DNA of 64,000 nucleotides from Acutalibacteraceae bacterium (GCA_045628495.1 JAZQPL010000072.1:41118-105117); one strand, 5' to 3'. Shown: positions 1-10,022, counted from the stretch's first letter. Numbers and translations are program-made. The notes: generated by a model not told the origin, from the letters alone.

Positions 1-587
1 GCTCCGGTGTTTTTTATTTGATTAACAGGTCTTGTTAAAACAAGAACGATTTTGTCACATCCCAGCTCTATCGCTCTGTTTACCGGAACAGGGTCTGAAA
101 TACCGCCGTCATAATACTTTTTACCGTTAATTTCTACAGGTTTACATACTATCGGAATACACGATGAAGCATTAAAAATCCTGTAATTGTCAAATGAAAT
201 ATCTTCTGAAGAAAAGTAAACGGGATTTGCATTTGCGGCATCTGTAGAAACTATGTTTAACACTCCGCTGTAAGAGGCAATATTTTTGTAGTTTATCGGA
301 TTTTCACCTGAAGAATTGGTGAGTGTACCGTAGACATAGTCAAGACCTATATAAGAGCCGGTTTTTATTAAATTATAAAAACTCATATATTCTTTTCTGA
401 ATGCATAATCGTGATAAAAAATGTAATTTCTGCCTTTCTGATTTCCGAGAAATGAGGCAATATTCGCACTGCCTGCAGAAACACCTATGCAGCAATCAAA
501 ATAAATATTATCATCTAAACAGCGGTCAAAAACACCTGCACCGTAGATTCCTCTAAGACCTCCGCCAACATCAATTACACCAACCAT
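1..587 (-). CDS. patatin-like phospholipase family protein (N-terminal part; gene runs off the left edge)
   Basis: Open-ended, so absent from the ORF track. Reverse-strand translation from ATG at 587 gives MVGVIDVGGGLRGIYGAGVFDRC...CIGVSAGSANI...KYYDGGISDPVP. It shows the GGGxRG oxyanion loop, the GxSxG nucleophile elbow and the DGG catalytic Asp motif of patatin-like lipases. Confidence 0.6.
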   Translation of the reverse strand, partial: MVGVIDVGGGLRGIYGAGVFDRCLDDNIYFDCCIGVSAGSANIASFLGNQKGRNYIFYHDYAFRKEYMSFYNLIKTGSYIGLDYVYGTLTNSSGENPINYKNIASYSGVLNIVSTDAANANPVYFSSEDISFDNYRIFNASSCIPIVCKPVEINGKKYYDGGISDPVPVNRAIELGCDKIVLVLTRPVNQIKNTG

Positions 588-641
588 AAGCACCTCATAA
601 TACTCAAAAACGGGAGCTGCTTAGCAACTCCCGTTGACTGA

Positions 642-875
642 TTACTCTATCTCAACAGAGATTTTTTCATCGTTTCTGCTTGCGGCTGAACGCATAACTA
701 CTCTGATAGCTTTTGCAATTCTGCCCTGTTTGCCGATTACTCTGCCCATATCCTCCTGTGCAACATTAAGGTGATAAACAATAACACCTTCATCGTCAGG
801 TTCGTCAACAGTAACGCTGACAGCATCCGGGTTGCTTACAAGGCCCTGAGCAATCAAAAGCAATAATTCTTTCAT
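642..875 (-). CDS. KH-domain RNA-binding protein (YlqC/UPF0109-like)
   Basis: Carries the GRVIGKQGRIAKAIR KH GxxG motif and sits immediately downstream of rpsP, as in many Firmicutes. ATG at 875 is preceded by GAGGGA; the track start at 890 is an upstream GTG. Confidence 0.75.
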   Translation of the reverse strand: MKELLLLIAQGLVSNPDAVSVTVDEPDDEGVIVYHLNVAQEDMGRVIGKQGRIAKAIRVVMRSAASRNDEKISVEIE

Positions 876-893
876 TGCAAATTCCCTCACAAA

Positions 894-1139
894 TTATTCA
901 ACTATACCGCTCTTTTTAAGAAGAACTTTAACTGTATCGGTGGGCTGAGCACCGTTAGCAATCCATTTTTTTGCAGCTTCGCCGTCAATTTTAATCTGGT
1001 CTTCGCTCTTCATTGGGTCATAAGTGCCGATTTCTTCAATGAATCTTCCGTCACGGGGATATCTTGAATCTGCTACTACTACACGATAGAAAGGTGCTTT
1101 TTTTGCGCCCATACGACGCAATCTGATTTTTACTGCCAT
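894..1139 (-). CDS. rpsP: 30S ribosomal protein S16
   Basis: [42 protein letters not shown] is the canonical S16 N-terminus. ATG at 1139 has a GGAGG 9 nt upstream; the longer track ORF adds a non-homologous leader. Confidence 0.92.
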   Translation of the reverse strand: MAVKIRLRRMGAKKAPFYRVVVADSRYPRDGRFIEEIGTYDPMKSEDQIKIDGEAAKKWIANGAQPTDTVKVLLKKSGIVE

Positions 1140-1245
1140 TTTAATTTTCCTCCAAATAAATAAAATATAGAAATTATCAGCAATCATAAATTGCTATATA
1201 TATCCATCACGCAATGCGTAAATATATGCTTACAAGCGTGTTGAA

Positions 1246-2595
1246 TTAAATGTTGAAGCCTTTAAGCTGAGAAAGGTCAGGTCTGCCTCTTCTTCTTCTT
1301 TTCTTACCGGCTGAGTTCATCTGCCTGAACATTTTCTGCATCTGCTTATGCTGAGAAAGGAGCTTGTTAACAGCTTCCACATCCCTGCCGCAGCCTGCCG
1401 CAATTCTTCTTTTCCTGGAAGGATTGATAATGTCAGGATGTTCTCTTTCCTGAGGGGTCATTGATGAAACAATGGCTTTGATTTTATCAAACGCAGTTTC
1501 GTCAATTTCCACATCCTTAATCTGTTTGCCAAGACCCGGGATAAGAGAAAGAGTATCTTTAAGTGAACCCAGGCGCTTAATCTGATCAATCTGGTCAACA
1601 AGGTCATTAAGGTCAAACTTGTTCTGTTTAAGTTTTCTTTCAAGTTCCTCGGCTTTTTTTTCGTCGAGAGCCATTTCAGCTTTTTCAATAAGAGAAAGCA
1701 CATCGCCCATGCCGAGTATTCTTGATGCCATTCTGTCAGGATGGAAAACATCAAGGTCACCTAATTTTTCACCGATACCGATGAATTTAATCGGCTTTCC
1801 CGTAACAGCACGGATTGAAAGGGCCGCACCGCCTCTTGTGTCACCGTCTAACTTTGTGAGAACTACGCCGTCAATTCCAAGTGCATCGTCAAATGTTTTT
1901 GCAACATTAACAGCATCCTGACCGGTCATAGCATCAACAACAAAAAGAATTTCGTGAGGGTGAACGGTTGATTTTATATTTTTAAGCTCCTCCATAAGAA
2001 CTTCGTCTATATGAAGTCGACCTGCGGTGTCAAGGAATACATAATCATAACCACGGTCTTTTGCAAGCTTAATAGCTTCCTGAGCGATAATAACAGGGTC
2101 GGTCTGTCCCATTTCAAAAACGGGAACTCCTGCCTGTTCACCGACAACCTGCAACTGCTTAATAGCGGCGGGACGGTAAATATCGCAGGCTGCAAGCAAA
2201 GGTCTGTGCCCCTGACCTTTAAGCATCATTGCGATTTTTGCCGTATGGGTTGTTTTACCCGAACCCTGAAGGCCGCACATCATAACTACCGTCGGCGGAT
2301 GGTTGGCTATTGCAATGCGGGATTTCGTACCGCCCATAAGACCTGTAAGTTCTTCGTTTACAATTTTAATAACCATTTGTGCAGGAGTAAGGCTTTCCAT
2401 AACCTTTTCACCGACTGCACGCTCGGTAACTGTTTTTGTAAAATCCTTGGCAACCTTGTAGTTAACATCTGCTTCAAGCAAAGCCATTCTGACTTCACGC
2501 ATAGCGTCCTTAACATCAGCTTCAGTAAGTGCGCCCTTGCTTTTTAAACGCTGAAAGGCAGCTTCAAGCCTGTCTGAAAGTCCTTCAAATGCCAT
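1246..2595 (-). CDS. ffh: signal recognition particle protein Ffh
   Basis: N domain followed by the SRP54 GTPase (GLQGSGKTT, DTAGR, TKLDGD), an M domain and a basic C-terminal tail. Confidence 0.95.
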   Translation of the reverse strand: MAFEGLSDRLEAAFQRLKSKGALTEADVKDAMREVRMALLEADVNYKVAKDFTKTVTERAVGEKVMESLTPAQMVIKIVNEELTGLMGGTKSRIAIANHPPTVVMMCGLQGSGKTTHTAKIAMMLKGQGHRPLLAACDIYRPAAIKQLQVVGEQAGVPVFEMGQTDPVIIAQEAIKLAKDRGYDYVFLDTAGRLHIDEVLMEELKNIKSTVHPHEILFVVDAMTGQDAVNVAKTFDDALGIDGVVLTKLDGDTRGGAALSIRAVTGKPIKFIGIGEKLGDLDVFHPDRMASRILGMGDVLSLIEKAEMALDEKKAEELERKLKQNKFDLNDLVDQIDQIKRLGSLKDTLSLIPGLGKQIKDVEIDETAFDKIKAIVSSMTPQEREHPDIINPSRKRRIAAGCGRDVEAVNKLLSQHKQMQKMFRQMNSAGKKRRRRGRPDLSQLKGFNI

Positions 2596-2622
2596 AAATT
2601 CACCACCATGGTTGCATAAAAA

Positions 2623-2964
2623 TTATTCTGTAATCAGTACTCTTGCAACTGCTTTTATTTTAGCAGTGTAATCATTAACCTCTCTTGAAAGTGTATTCAT
2701 TCGGTTGTAATCACCGATTTTGTCAGCATAACTTATGATTTCTTCAAGTCCGCTTTTCATACTTTCAAACCTTGCAACAAGACCCAGCTTTTCTTCCATA
2801 TCATAAAGCTGAGCTTCTGCACGCTTAATTGCGTCACGCACTCCCTGGCGGGTGATACCCTCATTTGCGGCAATTTCGGAAAGAGAGAGGTCATCGTTAT
2901 AATAGTAATTCAGAAAAGAGTGCTGTTTCTGCGTAAGCATATCGCCGTATAAATCTATAAGCAT
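2623..2964 (-). CDS. ylxM: YlxM-family putative DNA-binding protein (UPF0122), upstream partner of ffh
   Basis: LYGDMLTQKQHSFLNYYYNDDLSLSEIAANEGITRQGVRDAIKR is the sigma-70 region-4-like HTH typical of YlxM, in conserved position before ffh. The N-terminus looks slightly short and the start codon is uncertain: there is no good SD before ATG 2964. Confidence 0.75.
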   Translation of the reverse strand: MLIDLYGDMLTQKQHSFLNYYYNDDLSLSEIAANEGITRQGVRDAIKRAEAQLYDMEEKLGLVARFESMKSGLEEIISYADKIGDYNRMNTLSREVNDYTAKIKAVARVLITE

Positions 2965-3010
2965 AATAACATCAAGATTTTTAGCCGTAAAAACGCACCT
3001 CCGAATTAAA

Positions 3011-3044
3011 ACTGCCTGTAAAGTTTTTTATCTTTACAGGCAGT
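3011..3044 (-). terminator. rho-independent terminator candidate downstream of the 3237-3947 gene
   Basis: Perfect 13-bp inverted repeat ACTGCCTGTAAAG/CTTTACAGGCAGT with an 8-nt loop. On the minus strand it is followed by TTTAATT. Confidence 0.5.
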
Positions 3045-3236
3045 TATTATACAGTATATAATTGCGTATGTCAAGAGGTTTTTTTACACTTTTTATCCCT
3101 GTTTTGCACATCTGAAATGTTAAAAACTTGTGGAATAGTTGTCAATAAGCATTTAAACACAAGCGGTTGTGGTTACGAGCGTTTTTTTATTTGAAAACAC
3201 TGACAGGCAGTGCAAAATCCTGTGCAAAAATTTATT

Positions 3237-3947
3237 TTATTTTTCATTGCAGCTGTATTCTTTGCACCGTTTTTTTATTTTATAAATGTTGACACAAAAA
3301 TAGCCTGTAGCAAGAACACCTGCGGCAAAAAGCAGAAGACATCTCAACGGGCCGACATCTTTTCCTTTTACAATAAAGTTAATATCAGCAAAATAAAAAA
3401 CAGAAAGCAAAGCACCGAGCAAAAGAATAATAATACCTATTAATCCAACTGGAAACAAAGCGTTTTTTAATTGCTGTGAAAAAAATGCTTTTTCAATTTT
3501 TTTATCTGCAAAGCAGTCTTTTTCACTTACAGATTTTCCTCCCGTTATCTGAACGGAATATCCTGCAAAAATAACATCTTCAAAATAACTTTCAACGCCC
3601 TTGATTTTCTGAGTGATTTCAACTGTACATTTTGAAGCGGCGGAATTGAAAACAGCGTTTAAATCAAGCTGAATATGGCTTCCGGGTTTTTCGTCCTGAT
3701 TTTTCAGGATTTCAAGACCTTTAGGCGCATTGTTAATATCGATTGTTTCTTTCGGAATACGCTTTCTGTGAACATTAAGCGTATGTTCGCCTTTACTCTG
3801 ATTTTCTAAAGTTACAGATTCGTTATCGCATATTATTTTTTCAGTTCCGTCAATGGTAATAATAATATCGTCATCGGATTTATTGCATATTTTAATTACT
3901 GGCACAAAAAACACATCCTGAAAACAGAGAACTGCGCCATACGGCAC
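3237..3947 (-). CDS. hypothetical membrane protein
   Basis: Long ORF with two C-terminal hydrophobic helices (FPVGLIGIIILLLGALLSVFYF, LLLFAAGVLATGYFCV). I recognise no family motif. Confidence 0.45.
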   Translation of the reverse strand: MPYGAVLCFQDVFFVPVIKICNKSDDDIIITIDGTEKIICDNESVTLENQSKGEHTLNVHRKRIPKETIDINNAPKGLEILKNQDEKPGSHIQLDLNAVFNSAASKCTVEITQKIKGVESYFEDVIFAGYSVQITGGKSVSEKDCFADKKIEKAFFSQQLKNALFPVGLIGIIILLLGALLSVFYFADINFIVKGKDVGPLRCLLLFAAGVLATGYFCVNIYKIKKRCKEYSCNEK

Positions 3948-3973
3948 AGTTCCGAATTGATTATAGTGAAAAA

Positions 3974-4438
3974 TTATTCTACTGTAACGGTACCGTCTTC
4001 ATCAACAGTGATAGTCATGCCGTCTTTAACATAGTCAAGAAATTCCTGACCGAGGCAGTCAACAACAGGCATGGGACTGTCTGTCCAGACTCCGCAAAGA
4101 ACAGCACCTGCAGCTGCAAGAGAGTCAATATGTTCTGAGAAAAGAAGGCAGGAAGGACATTTACCCAATGCCTTTGCACAATAAAGAATCATACCGCCTG
4201 TAGTAGAACCGATAGTCTGAGGAAGGCAGAGAGCTTTGTTAAGCATAGGTTTCTGATATAAGTCCTTATTATTCTGATCATCACATTCGGTTTGTTTGTA
4301 TTTTTTACCGATAATGGGAAGGTCACCAAACTGAAGTGCGCCCTGAAAAGAGGCAAGAGTGTTAAATCCGCTGCGGGAAACAAGAGCGGGAGCAGTGCAT
4401 TTGCCTGCAACAACCGGACGGCCTTTAAACTGTTTCAT
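3974..4438 (-). CDS. aconitase X swivel-domain subunit (DUF126 family)
   Basis: Starts MKQFKGRPVVAGKCTAPALVSRSGFN and contains LPQTIGSTTGG, typical of DUF126/AcnX small subunits. It begins 1 nt after the stop of the DUF521 gene. Confidence 0.7.
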   Translation of the reverse strand: MKQFKGRPVVAGKCTAPALVSRSGFNTLASFQGALQFGDLPIIGKKYKQTECDDQNNKDLYQKPMLNKALCLPQTIGSTTGGMILYCAKALGKCPSCLLFSEHIDSLAAAGAVLCGVWTDSPMPVVDCLGQEFLDYVKDGMTITVDEDGTVTVE

Positions 4439-4439
4439 A

Positions 4440-5738
4440 TTACTTTACCTCCTTTGTGATTATTGAAAGAATCTCATCACTTGTATAATAGCGTGAGGTT
4501 GTGTATGTTCTGAGTTTATTGGAATTTGTAATAACAGGCATACTCTTGGCAAGAGGATTGTTCATATACATAAGCGGGCAAATATAGCTTAAAACAATTC
4601 CTGTAGCTTTAAGTTTTGCCGCATTGGGAGTTTTGTTGAATTTTTCAATAACTCCGGGAGCAGCAGTGAATACGGTGGGTATTGAAACCTTTGAAAGACC
4701 GCTTTTATTAAGCCCGTCAATAACTTTTTCTGTCCAGTCATTGAGCTGTGCGAGTGAAAGGTGAGGACAACCTACAAAGCAAAGCTTGGGTTTAGCGTTC
4801 TTATCTTTCCACATAACAGGGTAATTATTTTTAACTCTTTCAAGCTCGGCATCGTCAATTACATAAGTTTTTGCGCCTTCGGCAATAATACTTTCGCCCT
4901 GTTCAACAGCTTCGGGAGTAAGGTTTTCAATATGATAAAGACCTACCGCACCGTTGGAAGCAGTTGCGGCACCGAAATCTTTAAGGTATGCACAAGCATC
5001 GCCGTCAAGCTTATCTCCAAGCCATTTGTCAAGTCCTTTAACATAAGGAACATCTTCCATAACCTTCATTCCGATAGCTGAACCGAGAATCTGTGCTTCG
5101 GGTTTTTTGGATGTTTTTACTTCAACAATCCAGGTAGCTTTTCTGCCTTCATCTGTAAGCAATCCGAAATAAGGAACACAGCCTACAATAGAGCCGAACA
5201 GCTCAATAATACCTGAGTTACGGTTGCACTTTGCACCGAGGACGGAGTTTGCATATACAACAGCAGAACTTTCAGCCCAGGAAAGAACCTCTCCTTTATT
5301 GGGTTTGTTGCCTACTTCGTCAAGGTAGCAGGTGCAGGTGTATGCATTTTTATCAACAAGTCCGAGCTTTTCAAGCTGTGCGTCGTATTTGTCCTGTGCA
5401 GAATACATAAATTTCTTGAAAACAATATTCTGAGCAAAATTTACAGGAACATTAGGGTCAAGGGGCTTGGGGTCAACAGAGAATTTCTGAGCGGAAATTG
5501 CTCCGTTGTTAATAAGCTCATCCATAAGGTCATGAACGGGTTTCATAACTTTAAGACCGAAGCTTGTAACAAGATGACCTTTTTCACTTGTAACAGGAAC
5601 CATCTTTTCAGCATCAAAGGCATCACCGTAAAGAACAAGAGTTTTCATAATCTTTGCCATGGTTTCGCCTTTTGAGCCGTGAAGGACGGCTTCCTGCTCG
5701 TCTGTAAGCTTCATTTTATAATTGAAGTTTTCATTCAT
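4440..5738 (-). CDS. aconitase X catalytic subunit (DUF521 family)
   Basis: MKLTDEQEAVLHGSKGETMAKIMKTLVLYGDAFDAEKMVPVTS is a DUF521-type N-terminus. ATG at 5738 is preceded by AGGAGG; the track ORF start at 5828 adds a hydrophobic non-homologous leader. Confidence 0.72.
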   Translation of the reverse strand: MNENFNYKMKLTDEQEAVLHGSKGETMAKIMKTLVLYGDAFDAEKMVPVTSEKGHLVTSFGLKVMKPVHDLMDELINNGAISAQKFSVDPKPLDPNVPVNFAQNIVFKKFMYSAQDKYDAQLEKLGLVDKNAYTCTCYLDEVGNKPNKGEVLSWAESSAVVYANSVLGAKCNRNSGIIELFGSIVGCVPYFGLLTDEGRKATWIVEVKTSKKPEAQILGSAIGMKVMEDVPYVKGLDKWLGDKLDGDACAYLKDFGAATASNGAVGLYHIENLTPEAVEQGESIIAEGAKTYVIDDAELERVKNNYPVMWKDKNAKPKLCFVGCPHLSLAQLNDWTEKVIDGLNKSGLSKVSIPTVFTAAPGVIEKFNKTPNAAKLKATGIVLSYICPLMYMNNPLAKSMPVITNSNKLRTYTTSRYYTSDEILSIITKEVK

Positions 5739-5880
5739 GGGAATTCCTCCTTTTAATTCAGTCCGATAAAAAATACCGGTGCAAAATATATACACTTGAA
5801 TTATACACAAAACAAACGGTTTATTCAAGTGTTTCAGCGCATTTTTTGATAATTATTTATCAAATGGGATAATATAACCG

Positions 5881-5914
5881 TAAAAAATAAATCGCCGAAG
5901 AATACCGGCGATTT
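5881..5914 (-). terminator. rho-independent terminator after the wall-polysaccharide gene block
   Basis: Perfect 9-bp stem AAATCGCCG/CGGCGATTT with an 8-nt loop. On the minus strand it is followed by a T-run (plus-strand AAAAAAT at 5882-5888). It lies 23 nt downstream of the stop of 5937-6812. Confidence 0.6.
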
Positions 5915-5936
5915 AATATAATGATTTAATATAATA

Positions 5937-6812
5937 TTATTTTTTAATTCTTGTTTCAATATTGTTTATAAGGGATCTGCCTATATCATGCAGGAACCGA
6001 AACGCAGAAGGCATTACATCTTCAGGAAAACGAAGTATAAAATTATCCGCTTCAAAAGTAAAATCACCTTTGTAATTTACATCTGCGAGAGCCTGTGAAA
6101 TCTCATCCCAATCCAAATCACAGAAATAGGGAGGAAGATGCTTATCTTCAATATAATTATTATCGTGAACATGAAGACAGCCGAGTTTATCATGACCGAG
6201 GGATTTTATTAAATCCGGGGCAGTTGTTCCTACAAGTCCGGCATGGCCTATATCAACACAGGCGGTAAAATAATCCGGGTCAAGCATATCCATCATCTTA
6301 TTAAACTCTTCACCTTCAGAGCAGATATTGGGAATAATATAATTACGGCGTCTGTCTCTGCCGAACATATTTTCAACTGCAATTTTAACATTGTATTCTT
6401 TGCAGTAAGGCAAAAGCCTGTTATAGAATTCTTCATTAAGTTTAAGATTTTCTTCACTGCTTTTTCTGAAATCAGTCGGGTGAACAACAATGTTTTTAAC
6501 ACCGAGCAAGCCTGCTATTTCAATAGAGCGGCAGATTCTCGAAAAAGCGGTTTTGTTGAAATTTTCATCATCAATTATATATGACGGAAAAGGAGAATGC
6601 GCCTGAGAAAAAGTTTTTCCGTAGCTGTCGGCAATTTTTTTCAGGTTGGCAACATAACTTTTATATGCCGGAGTGTTAAGAACACAGTCCTCATCCCGCA
6701 TAGAGAACATAGAATAATCTATAGCATCAAATCCGGATTCGCAAATCCATTTTACAGCTTTTTCATCACCGAAGCGGGAACCTGAAATGTCAGTTTGTGT
6801 TACTAAAAGCAT
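5937..6812 (-). CDS. sugar phosphate isomerase/epimerase (xylose-isomerase-like TIM barrel)
   Basis: Carries the AP-endonuclease-2/TIM-barrel pattern (IVVHP, AVENM, DIGHA, HVHDN). Confidence 0.65.
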   Translation of the reverse strand: MLLVTQTDISGSRFGDEKAVKWICESGFDAIDYSMFSMRDEDCVLNTPAYKSYVANLKKIADSYGKTFSQAHSPFPSYIIDDENFNKTAFSRICRSIEIAGLLGVKNIVVHPTDFRKSSEENLKLNEEFYNRLLPYCKEYNVKIAVENMFGRDRRRNYIIPNICSEGEEFNKMMDMLDPDYFTACVDIGHAGLVGTTAPDLIKSLGHDKLGCLHVHDNNYIEDKHLPPYFCDLDWDEISQALADVNYKGDFTFEADNFILRFPEDVMPSAFRFLHDIGRSLINNIETRIKK

Positions 6813-6825
6813 AATAAAAACCTCT

Positions 6826-7842
6826 TTACTTGAAAAGAAAATATTTGCAGATAATATGCCCTGAAAAATACATTCTGTTTTTCACAAACCAGAACATCAG
6901 CCAGTCAAGACTTTTACTTTTTCTTTCGTTTATGTCGTAATATTCAAAAACTTTTCTGACCATTTTCGAACGGGCTGCTTTACGGAAAAGTTTATATTTA
7001 TTAACGCCCTCAGAATTGTAAATCCTGTTCAGGATACTTGAATAAAAAATATTTGTAAGAATATGTTTACTTGCGTCAATGTGATATCGGATGTCTTTAT
7101 ATACGCAGTATTTTTCGTAGTTTTCATCTCTTATTGAATCATATAAAACAAAATTATCAATAAGTTTACTGTCAAATGACTTGCTGACATTTTTACTTAT
7201 TCCCGAATTTCTTTCCCTGTAGGCATACAGACAGTCTTCAATATAACAAATCCGGTTTGCAAGGAAAAAAGCTTTTGAATTAAAAGCCGAGTCTTCGGCG
7301 TAGCTTAAGCCGTCAACAAAATAAATATTGTTATTTATTAAAAATTCACGGTTGTAAATATCTCTCCATACAAAAGTGAACAGATGAGAGGAGCAGGCTG
7401 TATTTGCCAGTGCACAAATCTGCTTATTGTCGGCAATGCCTGCAAATGGCATAACATTTCTTCCTTTTATTTCACCGTTAACATCGTTTACAAAGCCGAA
7501 ACTGATTATATCGGATTCGGTGTGAAAATATTCGGAAATTGTTTTCAATGCATTTTCAAGTATGTAATCGTCACTGTCAATAAACCATATATATTTACCG
7601 CAGGCAGCTTTGAAGCCTGAATTTCGTGCATTTGAAAGTCCGCCGTTTTTTTGATGAATAACTTTTATTCTGATGTCTTTTTCTGCAAAATCATCGCACA
7701 TAGCAGGACAGTTATCCGGAGAACCGTCATCAACAAGAATCAGCTCAAAATCTTTGTAACTTTGAGTAATAATTGAGCTGACACACTGACTCAGATATTG
7801 CTCAACATTGTAAACAGGAACAATAATACTGATTTCAGGCAT
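6826..7842 (-). CDS. family-2 glycosyltransferase
   Basis: ISIIVPVYNVEQYLSQCVSSIITQSYKDFELILVDDGSPD followed by FIDSDD is the classic GT2 signature. Confidence 0.85.
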   Translation of the reverse strand: MPEISIIVPVYNVEQYLSQCVSSIITQSYKDFELILVDDGSPDNCPAMCDDFAEKDIRIKVIHQKNGGLSNARNSGFKAACGKYIWFIDSDDYILENALKTISEYFHTESDIISFGFVNDVNGEIKGRNVMPFAGIADNKQICALANTACSSHLFTFVWRDIYNREFLINNNIYFVDGLSYAEDSAFNSKAFFLANRICYIEDCLYAYRERNSGISKNVSKSFDSKLIDNFVLYDSIRDENYEKYCVYKDIRYHIDASKHILTNIFYSSILNRIYNSEGVNKYKLFRKAARSKMVRKVFEYYDINERKSKSLDWLMFWFVKNRMYFSGHIICKYFLFK

Positions 7843-7888
7843 ACTTTCACCTCTTGAAGTTTGGAAATTATATGCTTACGGAAATTTG

Positions 7889-9166
7889 TCAGTCTTTTGA
7901 CAATTCGGTTTCTATTTCGGGTAACATAGTGTTGCCGTTAATTGACGGATCCCACTGGGTTTCTTTTGCATCGTTGGATTCTTTATCACCGTCAAGAATT
8001 TCAAAAGAAAACATTTCGGGAACAACATCATGAACGGTTTTTAATGTGTCGGTAATCTTCCACACTTCTATACCGGCGACATACTTATCCGGAGCAAGAA
8101 TATCTTTTGTGTTTACCGTAAGGACATAATCAATTTCCTGGCCGGCTTTAAGTTGGCCGAGGTCCGGAGTTCTTGCACTTGCAAGAGTCTGATAAGAAAG
8201 ATTTCTTATAACAAACATAATGCTTGGGTTATCACAGTCTTCAGTTATTTTAAGTCTGACCTTTATTTTAATTGATTCATTGTAAAGCCATTCGCATCTT
8301 TCTTTTTCAAGAATTTTAACATTTTCAACAACAGCCATCTGCGTGCCTCTTGGTTTATGATCCGAAAGGTCAATGTTTGTTGACTGGCTGACATCAGCAG
8401 TTTCCGTATACATGGCAATTCCTTTTTCAACATCACCGTCAAAAACAACCTGTCCTGCTTTAAGAACAATAACTCTGTCACAAAGCTGGCGAATGGTGTG
8501 CATCTGATGGCTAACATACAGAATTGTTTTACCGCCTTCTGCTATGTTCATCATTCTTGTAATGCATTTACGCTGGAATTTTGTATCTCCGACAGCGAGA
8601 ACTTCGTCAACAATAAGAATATCCGGCTCAAGATGTGATGCAACGGCAAAGGCAAGCCTTACAAACATACCGCTGGAATATCGTTTAACAGGGGTATCAA
8701 TAAATTTACCAACCTCAGAAAATTGAACAATATCGTCATATTTTTCATCAATTTCTTCTTTAGTCATACCGAGAATAGCACCGTTAAGGTAAACATTTTC
8801 TCTGCCGGTAAGCTCACCGTTAAATCCCGTTCCTACCTCAAGCATAGCGGAAACTTTACCTAAAAGCTCAATTCTTCCGTCAGTGGGTTCTGTAATTCTT
8901 GAAAGAATTTTGAGAAGAGTTGATTTTCCTGCACCGTTCTTGCCGATGATACCGACTTTTTCACCCTGTCTTACCTGGAAGGTAACACCGTTAAGTGCCC
9001 AGAAGTCCTCTTTTTCTTTTCGGTTGGAGGGATGAAAAATATAGTTACCTGCGTTTTTTAATTTGCCGGAAAAAGAAGTTGCTTTTTCCCTGTTGTGTCT
9101 GATAATATATTTTTTCTTAACATCTTTAATATCAATTACAATCGGTCTTTCATCCATTGCTTTCAC
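7889..9166 (-). CDS. polysaccharide/teichoic-acid export ABC transporter ATP-binding protein (TagH/Wzt-like, with C-terminal extension)
   Basis: Walker A GKNGAGKST, signature YSSGM and Walker B ILIVDE. An extra ~170-aa C-terminal domain resembles those of Wzt/TagH-type exporters. An alternative ATG start lies at 9157. Confidence 0.8.
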   Translation of the reverse strand: MKAMDERPIVIDIKDVKKKYIIRHNREKATSFSGKLKNAGNYIFHPSNRKEKEDFWALNGVTFQVRQGEKVGIIGKNGAGKSTLLKILSRITEPTDGRIELLGKVSAMLEVGTGFNGELTGRENVYLNGAILGMTKEEIDEKYDDIVQFSEVGKFIDTPVKRYSSGMFVRLAFAVASHLEPDILIVDEVLAVGDTKFQRKCITRMMNIAEGGKTILYVSHQMHTIRQLCDRVIVLKAGQVVFDGDVEKGIAMYTETADVSQSTNIDLSDHKPRGTQMAVVENVKILEKERCEWLYNESIKIKVRLKITEDCDNPSIMFVIRNLSYQTLASARTPDLGQLKAGQEIDYVLTVNTKDILAPDKYVAGIEVWKITDTLKTVHDVVPEMFSFEILDGDKESNDAKETQWDPSINGNTMLPEIETELSKD

Positions 9167-9170
9167 CGCC

Positions 9171-10022
9171 TTAAACTATATCAACAAAGGTTCTTTCTGT
9201 TTTTCTGAAGAAATGAATTCCCAAAGGAATCAACACCACACACCAAACAACAGAAACCAAAAATGCGAATGCATTGAATTTCATTGAAGGAATGATGCAC
9301 CATTTATATGTTTCCAGTATACCTACCGCAGGGTTAAGACAATAAAGGTTAACCCACCATTTGTCACCGAAGTTTGCATTTACAGAATATGCAACGGGGG
9401 AAAGATATTGACCGAGAGAAAGTAAAAAGGGAAGAGCCTGACCGAGATCACGCCATTTAACATTAAAAGCGGAAAGGAAAAGACCTGCGGAAAGGCCGAG
9501 AATCGTTGCAAAAACCAGAATAAGAGGCGAAAGGAATATTCTCGGCGAGGGTACAAATCCTTCAGTGAAAAAGAAAATCACCATAAGGACAAGAAGCACG
9601 GCAAAGGAAATAGATGTGTCTATCAAAAAGGCGAGAACCGAACCGAGAGGGGATAAAATTCTCGGGAAATAAACCTTCTGCATTATTCCGGCGTTGCTGA
9701 TAAATGTGCCGGCTCCGGTTGAAACACATTTTGAAAGCAGTGACCAGGGAATAAGACCTGCGTATACCATTATGGGATACGGAACATTTCCTTCACTGGA
9801 AAGACCTGCAACATTACCGAAAATAAACGACATTATTATCATATTTACAACCGGGCTGACAACTGCCCAGCCGAACCCTACAAGAGTCTGTTTATACCTG
9901 ACGGTTACATCTCTTTTTGCAAAGTTGAATGCAAGTTCACGGTATCTCCATATATCTTTCCAATATTGAAAATTATGACCGTTTGGTTCAATTATTGTAC
10001 GCTGTATTTCTTTTTTTACCAT
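9171..10022 (-). CDS. ABC-2 type polysaccharide export permease (TagG/Wzm-like)
   Basis: Six hydrophobic segments, immediately upstream of the ATPase (4-nt gap). ATG at 10022 is preceded by AAGGGTG. Confidence 0.8.
   Translation of the reverse strand: MVKKEIQRTIIEPNGHNFQYWKDIWRYRELAFNFAKRDVTVRYKQTLVGFGWAVVSPVVNMIIMSFIFGNVAGLSSEGNVPYPIMVYAGLIPWSLLSKCVSTGAGTFISNAGIMQKVYFPRILSPLGSVLAFLIDTSISFAVLLVLMVIFFFTEGFVPSPRIFLSPLILVFATILGLSAGLFLSAFNVKWRDLGQALPFLLSLGQYLSPVAYSVNANFGDKWWVNLYCLNPAVGILETYKWCIIPSMKFNAFAFLVSVVWCVVLIPLGIHFFRKTERTFVDIV

Noticed and set aside
1458-2547. ORFs of 62-178 aa in other frames or on the opposite strand inside ffh (1458-1760, 1619-1921, 2007-2195, 2011-2547)
   Set aside because: They lie entirely within a gene whose product is unmistakably Ffh. 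They have no RBS and low-complexity or odd composition, so they are shadow ORFs.
3210-3443. 77-aa plus-strand ORF overlapping the 3' end of 3237-3947
   Set aside because: It is a shadow of the minus-strand membrane-protein gene, with a low-complexity product and no RBS.
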